From Coriobacteriales bacterium (lineage in GTDB: Bacteria > Actinomycetota > Coriobacteriia > Coriobacteriales > CADBOM01): a stretch of 64,000 nt of DNA. Location of the stretch: the NCBI GenBank assembly GCA_050946275.1, contig JBMNUM010000007.1, positions 21,779 to 85,778 on the forward strand. The letters are read 5' to 3'. This document shows positions 20,752-30,351 of the stretch, one piece after another; the first letter of the stretch is position 1, and each line of letters begins with the position of its first letter. The notes under the pieces were generated by a model. The model was not told the DNA's origin and did no database searches. It was given only the letters and a program-made list of their open reading frames with translations. The position numbers and the translations under genes were made by a program.

Positions 20752-22167
20752 ATGGTTTTCAGCTCGTTGACGTTCATATGCGTGTTTCTGCCGGTGGTGT
20801 TCGCACTCCACTGCCTGATTCCGTCTATGCGCGTCCGCAACGCGCTTCTCATCGTCGCGAGCCTCGCGTTCTACTCGTATGGCGAGCCGGTGCTCGTCGT
20901 CCTGATGGTCATCTCGACCCTCGTGAACTGGGGTCTCGGCCTCCTCGTGGGGCCACGCGACGGCCGGCGCGGTCCGAGCAAGGCGATGCTCGCGATTGCC
21001 GTGGTCGTGAACCTGGCGTTCCTCTGCGTGTTCAAGTACGCCGACATGCTCGTTGGCAGCGTCAACGCCATCGCCGGCACATCCTTGCCGCTTCCGCAGA
21101 TCGCGCTCCCCATCGGAATCTCGTTCTACACGTTCCAGGCCCTCTCGTACGTCATCGACGTGTATCGGGGCGAGGCAACCGCGCAACGCAACTACCTGCG
21201 GGTGCTGCTCTACATATCGTTCTTCCCGCAGCTCATCGCCGGCCCGATCATCAAGTACCACGATGTTGCCGAGCAAATCGCCCATCGCCGCGTGACGCTC
21301 GAGGGCGTCGCCCTGGGCTTCCGTCGATTCTGCGTCGGATTGGGCAAGAAGGTCCTCATCGCAAACACGATGGCCGTGGCGGTCGATGGCATCTTCGGCG
21401 CTACCCTGACCAGCGTGAACATCACCGCTGCGTGGGTTGCGGCCATCGCCTACCTGTTCCAGATCTACTTCGACTTCAGCGGGTACTCCGATATGGCCAT
21501 AGGCATGGCCCGGATGTTCGGGTTCGAGTACAAGGAGAACTTCGATCATCCCTACGCCTCCTCGAGCGTGAAGGAGTTCTGGCGCAGGTGGCACATCAGC
21601 CTCTCGACGTGGTTCAAGGAGTACGTCTACATCCCGCTCGGCGGCAATCGCCACGGCCGTCCTCGCGCGGTTCTCAATAAGACCATCGTGTTCTTCCTCT
21701 GCGGTCTATGGCATGGTGCGGCCTGGACGTTCGTCGTCTGGGGTCTCATCCACGGCCTATTCCTGCTCATAGAGGAGTACGTGCCCATCAAGCGCCTTCC
21801 CAAGGCAATCGGCATCATCTACACGTTGCTCGTCGTCACGGTCGCGTTCGTGCTCTTCCGCGCGGACACGTTCGCGCAGGGAGGGACGTTCATCGCCCAG
21901 ATGTTCACGGGATTCCACTTCGACTACGCGAGCGTGGAACTCTCCATGCGCTATCTGTCGCCGTTGTTCATGGCCATGCTGCCGATAGCGGTCATAGCGG
22001 CGAGCCCCATCGCGGTTCACATCAAGAATCGGATCGCCCTCGCTTCGACAAGCGCTCAGGCGACGGCCCGAACCGTGAGTTACGTGCTCGCACTCGTGCT
22101 CTTCGCCGTGTGCCTGCTCGCACTTTCGACAGGCGGCTACAACCCGTTCATCTATTTCAGGTTCTAG
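20752..22167 (+). CDS. MBOAT family O-acyltransferase (AlgI/PatA-like)
   Basis: LPIGISFYTFQ, FFPQLIAGPI, FDFSGYSDMAIG, FWRRWHISLS, GLWHGA. Confidence 0.93.
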   Translation: MVFSSLTFICVFLPVVFALHCLIPSMRVRNALLIVASLAFYSYGEPVLVVLMVISTLVNWGLGLLVGPRDGRRGPSKAMLAIAVVVNLAFLCVFKYADMLVGSVNAIAGTSLPLPQIALPIGISFYTFQALSYVIDVYRGEATAQRNYLRVLLYISFFPQLIAGPIIKYHDVAEQIAHRRVTLEGVALGFRRFCVGLGKKVLIANTMAVAVDGIFGATLTSVNITAAWVAAIAYLFQIYFDFSGYSDMAIGMARMFGFEYKENFDHPYASSSVKEFWRRWHISLSTWFKEYVYIPLGGNRHGRPRAVLNKTIVFFLCGLWHGAAWTFVVWGLIHGLFLLIEEYVPIKRLPKAIGIIYTLLVVTVAFVLFRADTFAQGGTFIAQMFTGFHFDYASVELSMRYLSPLFMAMLPIAVIAASPIAVHIKNRIALASTSAQATARTVSYVLALVLFAVCLLALSTGGYNPFIYFRF

Positions 22168-22183
22168 GGGGGGTGAGAAGATC

Positions 22184-23689
22184 ATGGCGCACAAGGGAAC
22201 GCATCTCAAGAAGAACGCAGCGGGCTCCGCTTACCATGGCAACCGCGGCATAGCCGTGGTCTTCATCGCCATCGCTCTCGCGCTCATGCTCATTCCCTCC
22301 GTCGGTATGATCTGGTTCCCGACGGAAAGCACCTCGGGAGTTGACGAGCCGGCTGCAGCGCCGTCTCTCGTCGATGGCGATGGCGGCCCGAACGCCGCCC
22401 TGCTCTCCGATGCGGGCGCCTACTTCGAGGACCACTTCGCGTTCCGCAACGAGATGATCACCGCATATGCGCGTATGCTCGCGCCGATGGGGGAGTCGGT
22501 CACGGATCAGGTCGTGGTGGGCGACGACGGTTGGCTGTTCTACGGGTTGACGCTGCCCGACTACCTCGGCCAGTCGACTTTGTCGGATCGAGCCCTCAAC
22601 AACATCGCCCACAACCTCGTGTTTATGCAGGGCTATGCCAACTCGAAGGGGGCGGATTTCGTCTTCGCAGTGGCGCCGAATAAGAACACGCTGTACCCCG
22701 AGCACATGCCGGCGCGCTATGTGAGAAGCGATGCGCCCGGCAACTGGGAGCGGTTGAAGCCGGTTCTCTACGACCACGGTGTGCGCTATGTCGACCTGTT
22801 CGAGAAGCTCGGGGAGGTCGACGAGGTCCTCTACCTCAAGACCGATTCCCATTGGGACAACAGGGGAGCGCTCATCGCGGCAAACGCGTTGCTTGCCGCA
22901 TTCGAGCGGCCCGCGCTCGCATACGACGAAGCCGCATGGATCACGCGGGATGATTTCACGGGCGATATCGCCAAGATGCTCTATCCCGCCGACCCGGGAG
23001 CCGAGGAGCAGAGCTATGTTATCGGCGTGAACGATGGGGAGGGCTTTGCCGGCGAAGCCTGGTCGTATGTTCAGGGGTCGACCGTCGAGGATGACGTCGT
23101 CGAGACGCGCAGTGCCGGCAAGCGCAGCGCCCAGGACGCGAAGCGCCTGCTCGTGTACAGGGACTCGTTCGCCAACGCGCTCATCCCATACCTATCGACG
23201 GCGTTCCAGAACTCGCTCTTCACGAAGCTCGTTCCCTACGATGCCGGGCAGATCGACGCATTCGACGCGGACTGCGTGGTCGTGGAGCGCGCCGAGCGGC
23301 ACCTGTACTATCTGGCCGAGCACGCGCCGATCATCCCCGCGCCGAAGGTCGCCCTCCCGTTCGACACTGGGGTGGGAGACGATGGCGACATGGACGCCAC
23401 GACGCTCGAGCGCAGCGAGAACGGGCCGTATGAGGTTCTCTCCGGCGTGCTCGACGGACGCGTCGAGGGGGACGGCGTGCGCATCTTCGCCGAGGTGCTC
23501 GGCGCAGACGGAAAGACGACAATCTACGAGGCGTCGCTCGTGACCGTTCCGGAGGACGACGAGTCGGGTACGGCGGCGTCGGACTATGGCTACGAGGTCT
23601 ATCTGCCGTCCGAGGTGGTTCCCGTCAACGCGACGATCCGCATTCTCGCGGCAGATGACGGGAGACTTCTCGGGGCAAAGACGTTTTGA
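22184..23689 (+). CDS. AlgJ/AlgX/PatB-like SGNH O-acetyltransferase
   Basis: N-terminal TM; GDDGWLFY, APNKNTLYPE, KTDSHW (DxH), RDSF (catalytic Ser); directly downstream of the MBOAT gene. Confidence 0.82.
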   Translation: MAHKGTHLKKNAAGSAYHGNRGIAVVFIAIALALMLIPSVGMIWFPTESTSGVDEPAAAPSLVDGDGGPNAALLSDAGAYFEDHFAFRNEMITAYARMLAPMGESVTDQVVVGDDGWLFYGLTLPDYLGQSTLSDRALNNIAHNLVFMQGYANSKGADFVFAVAPNKNTLYPEHMPARYVRSDAPGNWERLKPVLYDHGVRYVDLFEKLGEVDEVLYLKTDSHWDNRGALIAANALLAAFERPALAYDEAAWITRDDFTGDIAKMLYPADPGAEEQSYVIGVNDGEGFAGEAWSYVQGSTVEDDVVETRSAGKRSAQDAKRLLVYRDSFANALIPYLSTAFQNSLFTKLVPYDAGQIDAFDADCVVVERAERHLYYLAEHAPIIPAPKVALPFDTGVGDDGDMDATTLERSENGPYEVLSGVLDGRVEGDGVRIFAEVLGADGKTTIYEASLVTVPEDDESGTAASDYGYEVYLPSEVVPVNATIRILAADDGRLLGAKTF

Positions 23690-23728
23690 TGGGCAGGTAA
23701 GACCGTCGTCTCTGACTCATCGGGCTAG

Positions 23729-24667
23729 GTGATGGATATGGAAGATGCTGTCAAGATCGCCGCGATGGCGACCGATGCCGACGCCGAGGTGCGCGGTGCG
23801 GCCGCCGATGCTCTCGGAAGCATGGACGAGGCCGCGGCGTTCCCCTTGTTGGTGAACCTGCTGGCCGACCCCGACCGCCGCGTGCGCATCGCAGCCGTGC
23901 GGTCGCTCGGCAACCTGCGCAGCGCGCATGCGTTCGACGTGCTTCTCCCGCTTCTCGAGGAGGGCGATGCCGAACTGACCTGCGAGGTGCTCGCGGCGTT
24001 TGCCAAAACAGGCGATGAGCGCGCATTCGCACCCGTCGTCGTTCGGCTCTTCGACGTGGACGATGCCGTCAGGCAAAACGCCGCGGCTGCGGTCGGCCGC
24101 CTGCGAAACCCCTCCGCATTCGAGCCGCTGATGATGTGCCTTGATGACGACGTTGAGTGGGTGAGGGCGAACAGCGCCCTGTCGCTCGGTCAGCTCGGCT
24201 GCGTCGAGGCCGCGTCGCGCCTGCGCGAGATAGCCGACTCTCAAGACACCGCAACCGTGCGCGCCAACGCGGTGACGGCGCTCGGGGAGCTCGCATCGGC
24301 GGATACGGGGATCTCCCCGTTTCTCATGGAGGTCGCCGGCGATGCGGCGGAGGATGCGCGGGTGCGCGTCGCCGCGGTGCTGGCCCTCGCATCTGGCTTC
24401 CAGGAGCTCGGCAAGCGCGATGAGGACCTGGCCTCCCGGGTCCTCGGCATCGTGTTCGCGCTGGCGGGGGAGGAGCCCGACGATGACGTCCGCTCGACGT
24501 GCATCTGGGCGCTCGGCGAGCTTTGCCGCGCCGAGAGCGTTGAGGAGCTCGGACTGGATCCCGCCGCGCTCGACCAGGTGGCGGCCCTTCTCGAGAAGGC
24601 GCAGGGCGACCCGCACGAGTGGTGTGCCCGCTACGCCGAGGAGGCTCTCGTCAAGGTGCGGGGCTGA
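23729..24667 (+). CDS. HEAT/PBS-lyase-like repeat protein
   Basis: Repeated LxDxDxxVRxxAxxALGxL units. Confidence 0.85.
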   Translation: MMDMEDAVKIAAMATDADAEVRGAAADALGSMDEAAAFPLLVNLLADPDRRVRIAAVRSLGNLRSAHAFDVLLPLLEEGDAELTCEVLAAFAKTGDERAFAPVVVRLFDVDDAVRQNAAAAVGRLRNPSAFEPLMMCLDDDVEWVRANSALSLGQLGCVEAASRLREIADSQDTATVRANAVTALGELASADTGISPFLMEVAGDAAEDARVRVAAVLALASGFQELGKRDEDLASRVLGIVFALAGEEPDDDVRSTCIWALGELCRAESVEELGLDPAALDQVAALLEKAQGDPHEWCARYAEEALVKVRG

Positions 24668-24735
24668 GACCGTCCGCATTGCCGGCAGGCCATCGCCTGC
24701 GCAGGGCCCCGGATAGAAGCCGCGCCGTGGGGCCC

Positions 24736-24845
24736 TGGCAACTTTGCACGGAAAAGGGCGGATGGGACGCCCTTTTCCGTGCAAAGTTGCCAAGAATCAG
24801 CCCCTCAAGCCGAAAAGGGCGCCCTTTTTCGAACGAAGTTGCAAG
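24736..24845 (+). repeat. Dispersed palindromic repeat element, copy 1
   Basis: Perfect 25-bp inverted repeat (24736-24760 / 24768-24792) plus a third arm at 24821-24844; homologous to 57663-57775 in reverse orientation. Confidence 0.85.
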
Positions 24846-25024
24846 CCCGCCCCACCGTCAGGCGCCAACCGCATGCTTCGGGAGTCTTCCGGAGGTTCGC
24901 TTCCGGCCGATCGACGAGTTGCGGATTGCATATTCCGTCCATGGATTTGGGTGTTGCCCCGTGCCTTGACGCGCGGGTAACATAACAGACTGCCGTTATT
25001 CGCTTCTATTGAAGAGGAAATGAT

Positions 25025-25243
25025 TTGAGCAAGGGAGACGCCATAGAGCTTGAGGGCACGGTCGTAGAGCCGCTGCCCAACGCGATGTTTCGCGTGGAAC
25101 TGGAGAACGGGCACATCGTGCTCGCGCACATTTCCGGCAAGATGAGGATGCATTATATCCGCATCCTGCCCGGTGACAAGGTCACCGTGGAGCTTTCCCC
25201 GTACGATCTGTCCCGCGGACGGATCACGTACCGCTTCAAGTAG
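25025..25243 (+). CDS. infA: Translation initiation factor IF-1
   Basis: [14 protein letters not shown]...[15 protein letters not shown]; TTG start. Confidence 0.98.
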   Translation: MSKGDAIELEGTVVEPLPNAMFRVELENGHIVLAHISGKMRMHYIRILPGDKVTVELSPYDLSRGRITYRFK

Positions 25244-25321
25244 AGCGCACAACGTCCGAAAATCAACGCCTGCGGCTGCGGCGTGTATATAGAGAGAAAT
25301 GTGTCCGAAAGGAACGAGGAA

Positions 25322-25435
25322 ATGAAAGTTCGTCCTTCTGTGAAGAAGATGTGTGACAAATGTAAGGTTATCCGGCGCCACGGCCGCGTGCTCGTCATCT
25401 GCGAGAACCCGCGCCATAAGCAGCGCCAGGGCTAA
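25322..25435 (+). CDS. rpmJ: 50S ribosomal protein L36 (Zn-binding form)
   Basis: Manual translation [37 protein letters not shown]; too short for the ORF track. Confidence 0.97.
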   Translation: MKVRPSVKKMCDKCKVIRRHGRVLVICENPRHKQRQG

Positions 25436-25449
25436 GAGAGGAGTTTCAA

Positions 25450-25818
25450 TTGGCCCGTATAGTCGGTGTAGACTTGCCGCGTGACAAGCGAGTCGAGATT
25501 GGTTTGACATACATTTACGGTATTGGACTGACCACGTCCAAGAAGATCCTTGCAGCCACCGGGGTTAACCCCGACACTCGCGTGAGGGACCTCACCGAGG
25601 ACGAGGTGGTCAAGCTCAGGGATTACATCGATGCGAACCTGCAGGTCGAGGGTGACCTTCGCAGGGAGACCATCCAGAACATCAACAGGTTGAAGGAAAT
25701 CGGATGCTATCGCGGTCTTCGTCACCGCAGGGGACTTCCGGTTCGTGGCCAACGCACGCACACGAACGCGCGCACGCGCAAGGGTCCTCGTAAGCAAATC
25801 GGCGGAAAGAAGAAATAA
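25450..25818 (+). CDS. rpsM: 30S ribosomal protein S13
   Basis: [10 protein letters not shown]...[14 protein letters not shown]. Confidence 0.98.
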   Translation: MARIVGVDLPRDKRVEIGLTYIYGIGLTTSKKILAATGVNPDTRVRDLTEDEVVKLRDYIDANLQVEGDLRRETIQNINRLKEIGCYRGLRHRRGLPVRGQRTHTNARTRKGPRKQIGGKKK

Positions 25819-25820
25819 CG

Positions 25821-26219
25821 ATGGCACAGAAGAGAAACACGCAAACGCGCATCAGGCGTTCTGAGCGCAAGAACATCGCCGTTGGACAGGCGCACATCAA
25901 GTCCACCTTCAACAACACGATCGTGTCCATCACGGACACGCAGGGCAACGTGATCGCCTGGCAGTCCGCTGGCACCGTTGGCTTCAAGGGTTCGCGTAAG
26001 TCGACCCCGTTCGCGGCTCAGATGGCCGCCGAGGCCTGCGCCAAGACCGCCCAGGAGCACGGTCTTCGCAAGATCACCGTGTTCGTGAAGGGCCCCGGCC
26101 CTGGCCGCGAGACGGCTATCCGCTCTCTGCAGGCCGCTGGCCTCGAGGTCACCGCAATCCAGGATTGCACGCCCATTCCGCACAACGGCTGCCGCCCCCG
26201 CAAGCGCCGCCGCGTTTAA
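25821..26219 (+). CDS. rpsK: 30S ribosomal protein S11
   Basis: [24 protein letters not shown]. Confidence 0.98.
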   Translation: MAQKRNTQTRIRRSERKNIAVGQAHIKSTFNNTIVSITDTQGNVIAWQSAGTVGFKGSRKSTPFAAQMAAEACAKTAQEHGLRKITVFVKGPGPGRETAIRSLQAAGLEVTAIQDCTPIPHNGCRPRKRRRV

Positions 26220-26237
26220 TCGAAAGGAACAACTGCA

Positions 26238-26834
26238 ATGGCAATTGATAGGACTCCGGTTCTGAAGCGCTGCCGGCAGCTTGGCATCGATCCGGTCGTC
26301 TTGGGCTACGATTCCAAGAAGACCTCCAACCGCCAGCCGGCCAATCGCCGTCGCGAGAGCGAGTACGGCGCGCAGCTCCGTGAGAAGCAGAAGGCAAAGT
26401 TCATCTACGGTGTGCTCGAGAAGCAGTTCCGTGGCTACTTCAAGAAGGCCAAGGCCATGCCCGGCGTCACCGGCGACAACCTCATGAGGATTCTCGAGTC
26501 CAGGCTCGACAACGTCGTCTTCCGTCTGGGCTTCGCCAAGACCCGCAAGCAGTCCCGCCAGGTTGTCACGCACGGCCACATCAAGGTCAACGGCCGCCGC
26601 GTCGACATCCCGTCCTACCGTGTGAAGGCCGGTGACGTCATCGAGGTCATGCCCAAGTCCAAGGACCTGCTCATGATCAAGTCGGCGCTCATCAGCAATG
26701 AGCACATGGAGGTTCCCGGCTGGCTCGAGGTCGACATTGAGAAGCTGACCGGCTCGGTGCTCTCGCTTCCGACCCGCGATCAGATCGACCTGGACATTCG
26801 CGAGCAGCTCATCGTCGAGCTCTACTCGAAGTAA
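26238..26834 (+). CDS. rpsD: 30S ribosomal protein S4
   Basis: SEYGAQLREKQK, LESRLDNVVFRLG, VDIPSY. Confidence 0.97.
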   Translation: MAIDRTPVLKRCRQLGIDPVVLGYDSKKTSNRQPANRRRESEYGAQLREKQKAKFIYGVLEKQFRGYFKKAKAMPGVTGDNLMRILESRLDNVVFRLGFAKTRKQSRQVVTHGHIKVNGRRVDIPSYRVKAGDVIEVMPKSKDLLMIKSALISNEHMEVPGWLEVDIEKLTGSVLSLPTRDQIDLDIREQLIVELYSK

Positions 26835-26859
26835 TGCACCTGCGTAAGGAGGACGCCTC

Positions 26860-27801
26860 ATGTCAGAATTCATAAGGCCCCAGGTCACGGTCGAGACCGT
26901 GAACGACACCTTGGCGCGCTTTATCGTGGAGCCCCTGGAGCGTGGTTACGGCTCCACTCTGGGCAACAGCATGCGCAGGGTCCTGCTCTCCTCGCTGACG
27001 GGTGCGGCTGTCACGGCCATCCAGATCGATGGCGTGCAGCATGAGTTCACCGCTCCGGAGGGCATCGTCGAGGATGTCACCGATATCGTGCTGAATGTCA
27101 AGGGCCTGGTCTTCCAGCCCATGGAGACGGCCGACGAGGCCATCGCCACCATCTCGGCCACCGGCCCCTGCGTCGTCACCGGCGCGGACATCAAGGTCCC
27201 GGCCGAGTTCAACCTCATCAATCCCGAGCATGTGATCGCCACGCTCGCCGAGGGCGGCTCGCTCGAGATGACCATGCGCATCGGCGTTGGCAGGGGCTAC
27301 GTCTCCGCCGACAGCAACAAGCGTCCGGACGACCCGATCGGGATCATCCACACGGACTCGCTGTTCTCGCCCATCGTTCGCTGCGCTATGGACGTCGAGG
27401 ATACCCGTCGCGGCCAGCGCACCGACTACGATCGTCTGGTGCTCGAGGTCGAGACGAACGGATCGACCACGCCGGTCAGCGCCGTGTGCAACGCTGCCGT
27501 GATCATCACGCAGCACATGGATGCGTTCCTGGCACTGCAGGAGGGCAACGAGCCCGTCGTGCAGGAGTCGATTTTCGCTCCGGAGGGTCCGTCCAAGAAC
27601 TTCGAGCTCGAGAAGCAGGTCGAGGACCTCGACCTCTCCGTCCGCTCGTACAACTGCCTCAAGCGCGCCGGCATCCATTCCGTGCGCCAGCTGGTGGACT
27701 ACTCGGAGAACGATCTGCTCAACATCCGTAACTTCGGGGCGAAGTCGATTGAGGAAGTCAAGGACAAGCTTCAGTCGATGGGCCTCAGCCTGAAACTGTA
27801 A
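26860..27801 (+). CDS. rpoA: RNA polymerase alpha subunit
   Basis: PLERGYGSTLGNSMRRVLLSS, LDLSVRSYNCLKRAGI. Confidence 0.98.
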   Translation: MSEFIRPQVTVETVNDTLARFIVEPLERGYGSTLGNSMRRVLLSSLTGAAVTAIQIDGVQHEFTAPEGIVEDVTDIVLNVKGLVFQPMETADEAIATISATGPCVVTGADIKVPAEFNLINPEHVIATLAEGGSLEMTMRIGVGRGYVSADSNKRPDDPIGIIHTDSLFSPIVRCAMDVEDTRRGQRTDYDRLVLEVETNGSTTPVSAVCNAAVIITQHMDAFLALQEGNEPVVQESIFAPEGPSKNFELEKQVEDLDLSVRSYNCLKRAGIHSVRQLVDYSENDLLNIRNFGAKSIEEVKDKLQSMGLSLKL

Positions 27802-27822
27802 AAAAACTAGGGGAGAAGCGCT

Positions 27823-28503
27823 ATGAGACATCGCAAGAAGGGCCGCAAGCTGGGTACGAGCCCGGCCCACACCAAGGCAATCAAGAAGAACCTCACCGCC
27901 GCGCTCCTGGCCAACGACCGCATCAAGACGACGATGCCGCGCGCCAAGGAGATCCGCGGCCAGGTCGACCGCGTCATCACGTGGGCGAAGCGCGGCGACG
28001 TGCATTCGCGTCGTCTGGCCATCGCGAAGGTCGGAGATAAGGAAATCGTCCGCGAGATCTTCGAGAAGGTCGAGCAGGGCATGTTCGCCGGCCGCAACGG
28101 CGGGTACACGAGGATCATCCGTCTCGGCAACCGCAAGGGTGACAACGCCGAGATGGTCATCATCGAGCTCGTGACCGAGGCTCTTGCCAACGCTCCTGTT
28201 GTCGAGGACAAGAAGGAGAAGAAGGACAAGAAGGAGAAGAAACTCCGCGGCAAGGCTGCTGAGAAGCAGGCCGAGGAGGAGCTCGTCGAGAAGTTCAAGT
28301 TCACCGACGAGGCCGCCGATGTCGTCGAGGAGCCCGCTGAGGCCGTTGAGGCCGAGGCCGAGGAGGCCGTTGAGGCTGAGGCCGAGGAGGTTGTCGAGGA
28401 GGTTGCCGAGGAGGCAGCCGAGGACGTCGCCGAGGCCGAGGAGGCTGCTGAGGCCGTCGAGGAGGCAGCGGAGGAAGCTGCCGAGGAGACGACCGAGGAG
28501 TAA
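27823..28503 (+). CDS. rplQ: 50S ribosomal protein L17 with long C-terminal extension
   Basis: MRHRKKGRKLG...GGYTRI..R.GD.AEM core, then ~105 aa charged tail. Confidence 0.96.
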   Translation: MRHRKKGRKLGTSPAHTKAIKKNLTAALLANDRIKTTMPRAKEIRGQVDRVITWAKRGDVHSRRLAIAKVGDKEIVREIFEKVEQGMFAGRNGGYTRIIRLGNRKGDNAEMVIIELVTEALANAPVVEDKKEKKDKKEKKLRGKAAEKQAEEELVEKFKFTDEAADVVEEPAEAVEAEAEEAVEAEAEEVVEEVAEEAAEDVAEAEEAAEAVEEAAEEAAEETTEE

Positions 28504-28521
28504 TCCGTCTTTCATCGAGAG

Positions 28522-28556
28522 AGGGGCCGGGCGGGGGAACTCGTCCGGCCCCTTTG
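28522..28556 (+). terminator. Alpha operon terminator
   Basis: aggggccgggcg...cgtccggcccct followed by tt. Confidence 0.7.
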
Positions 28557-28584
28557 CACAATCTGCAACCGAGAGGAGGGTCCC

Positions 28585-30213
28585 ATGTTCCTAGACTCCA
28601 TTCCCGAGCCGCAGGGAGAGCGTGCGCACTCGCTGTTGGAGAAGCAGGCTGCGTCTCGAATCGCCGCCAGGGACTCCTCCGTCTTCGGTCTTCCCGAGGA
28701 CGATGCCGCCCATGCGCGCTCCTTCATGGGGTGGACCAACCTTGCCGTGGAACCTCCGGTGGAACCTGCCGATATCGATGCTTTCGCATCCGCCGTGCGC
28801 GAGGAGGGCCTCGACGATATCGTTCTCATCGGTCAAGGCGGCTCCTCGCAGGCGCCTATGACGATGGCATCGCTGCTCGATCGGGCTGGCGAGCTACCGG
28901 TCGGTTTTCACACCATGGATTCTCTCGCATCAGACGATGTTCGCGGCGTTCTCGAGGCAATCGACCCCGAGCGCACGCTCTTCATCGTCTCCTCGAAGTC
29001 GGGCTCGACGATCGAGCCGAACGCGATCTTCTCCTGCGTATGGGGCTGGCTGCACGAGCAGCTGGGCGACGATGCGGGAAATCGCTTCGTCGCCATCACC
29101 GATCCCGGGAGCAAGCTCGAGGAACGTGCTGGCGAATTGGGCTTTCGCGCGGTGTTCAACGGCGAGCCGACGGTTGGCGGACGCTTTTCCGCGCTCTCCG
29201 TCTTCGGACTGGTGCCATTCGCCTGCATGGGCGTGAACGTGGCCGCCCTCATCGACCGCTGCGCCGAGGTCGAGCGCCTCTGCGGTCTGGATACCATGGA
29301 CAACCCGGCGTTGCGACTCGCGGGTTTCGTCAGCGACAATCGCGCGGACGGAAGAGACAAGATCGCATTCCACTTCGATGGCGGCAGCGAGGCGCTCGGC
29401 TTCTGGCTCGAGCAGCTCATCGCCGAGTCGCTTGGCAAGAACGGCCGCGGGATCCTGCCGAACACGGAACCCGACGACTCGCTGCTCGCGAGGCCTCACG
29501 ACGACCGGTGTGCCGTGCTCTATGCGCTCGAGGCGCCCGAGGACGACGCCGCCGCGGGTTCCCTTGCTGCAGATGATGTTCCGTTCGATGCGGTGAAGAT
29601 ATATATCGCGAGGCCCGAGGACGTCGCCCTGCATTTCGTGGTGTGGGAGCACGCCGTCTCCCTGCTCGGCGTCGACCTCGGGGTGAATCCCTACGACCAG
29701 CCCGACGTTGAGTCGACGAAGCGCAACGTGCGCGCCCTGCTCTTCGACGATGATGCGAGTGCCGCCCCGCATGTCGCCGCAACGGTGCGAACGGACGATG
29801 CGATCATCGAGATCTCGGACGCGCTGTGCTCAGATGACGAGCTTCCCGAGGACGAGGATGCAGCGCTCGAGCTGCTCTTGGCCTCGATTCGGCCGGGCGA
29901 TTATTTCTCGATCAACGCGTTCGTTCCCTACGACGAAGGCCTCGAGCAGCTGCGCCACGAGGTCGCTGACGTGTACGGGTGCGCCTCTTGTCTCGAGATG
30001 GGGCCGCGCTATCTCCATTCGATCGGCCAGCTGCACAAGGGCGGGCCGGACACGGGCGTGTTCCTCATCGTCTCTGCCGACCAGCCGGATGACCTGCAGG
30101 TTCCCGGTCAGTCCTTTGCGCTTGGAGAGCTGGCGACCGCCCAGGCCTACGGCGACTTCGCCGCCCTGAACGCCAACGGGCGTCGCGCCGTCCATATTCA
30201 CCATCTTCTCTAG
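28585..30213 (+). CDS. pgi: Glucose-6-phosphate isomerase (resembles the PGI half of Tal/Pgi fusions)
   Basis: GQGGS, SKSGSTIE, AITDPGS, VGGRFSALS, NPYDQPDVESTK. Confidence 0.85.
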   Translation: MFLDSIPEPQGERAHSLLEKQAASRIAARDSSVFGLPEDDAAHARSFMGWTNLAVEPPVEPADIDAFASAVREEGLDDIVLIGQGGSSQAPMTMASLLDRAGELPVGFHTMDSLASDDVRGVLEAIDPERTLFIVSSKSGSTIEPNAIFSCVWGWLHEQLGDDAGNRFVAITDPGSKLEERAGELGFRAVFNGEPTVGGRFSALSVFGLVPFACMGVNVAALIDRCAEVERLCGLDTMDNPALRLAGFVSDNRADGRDKIAFHFDGGSEALGFWLEQLIAESLGKNGRGILPNTEPDDSLLARPHDDRCAVLYALEAPEDDAAAGSLAADDVPFDAVKIYIARPEDVALHFVVWEHAVSLLGVDLGVNPYDQPDVESTKRNVRALLFDDDASAAPHVAATVRTDDAIIEISDALCSDDELPEDEDAALELLLASIRPGDYFSINAFVPYDEGLEQLRHEVADVYGCASCLEMGPRYLHSIGQLHKGGPDTGVFLIVSADQPDDLQVPGQSFALGELATAQAYGDFAALNANGRRAVHIHHLL

Positions 30214-30351
30214 CAGAGCGTGACAAACGCGGTCGCCATCATTGTCATGCGCGTCCGATATCCGCACCCGCCAGCGGCGCGCTCTTTGTCAGAGCACGGT
30301 AAAGGATTTAAACTTTTATATTTGGAGACAAAGCAAGATGGGAGGTAAGCC

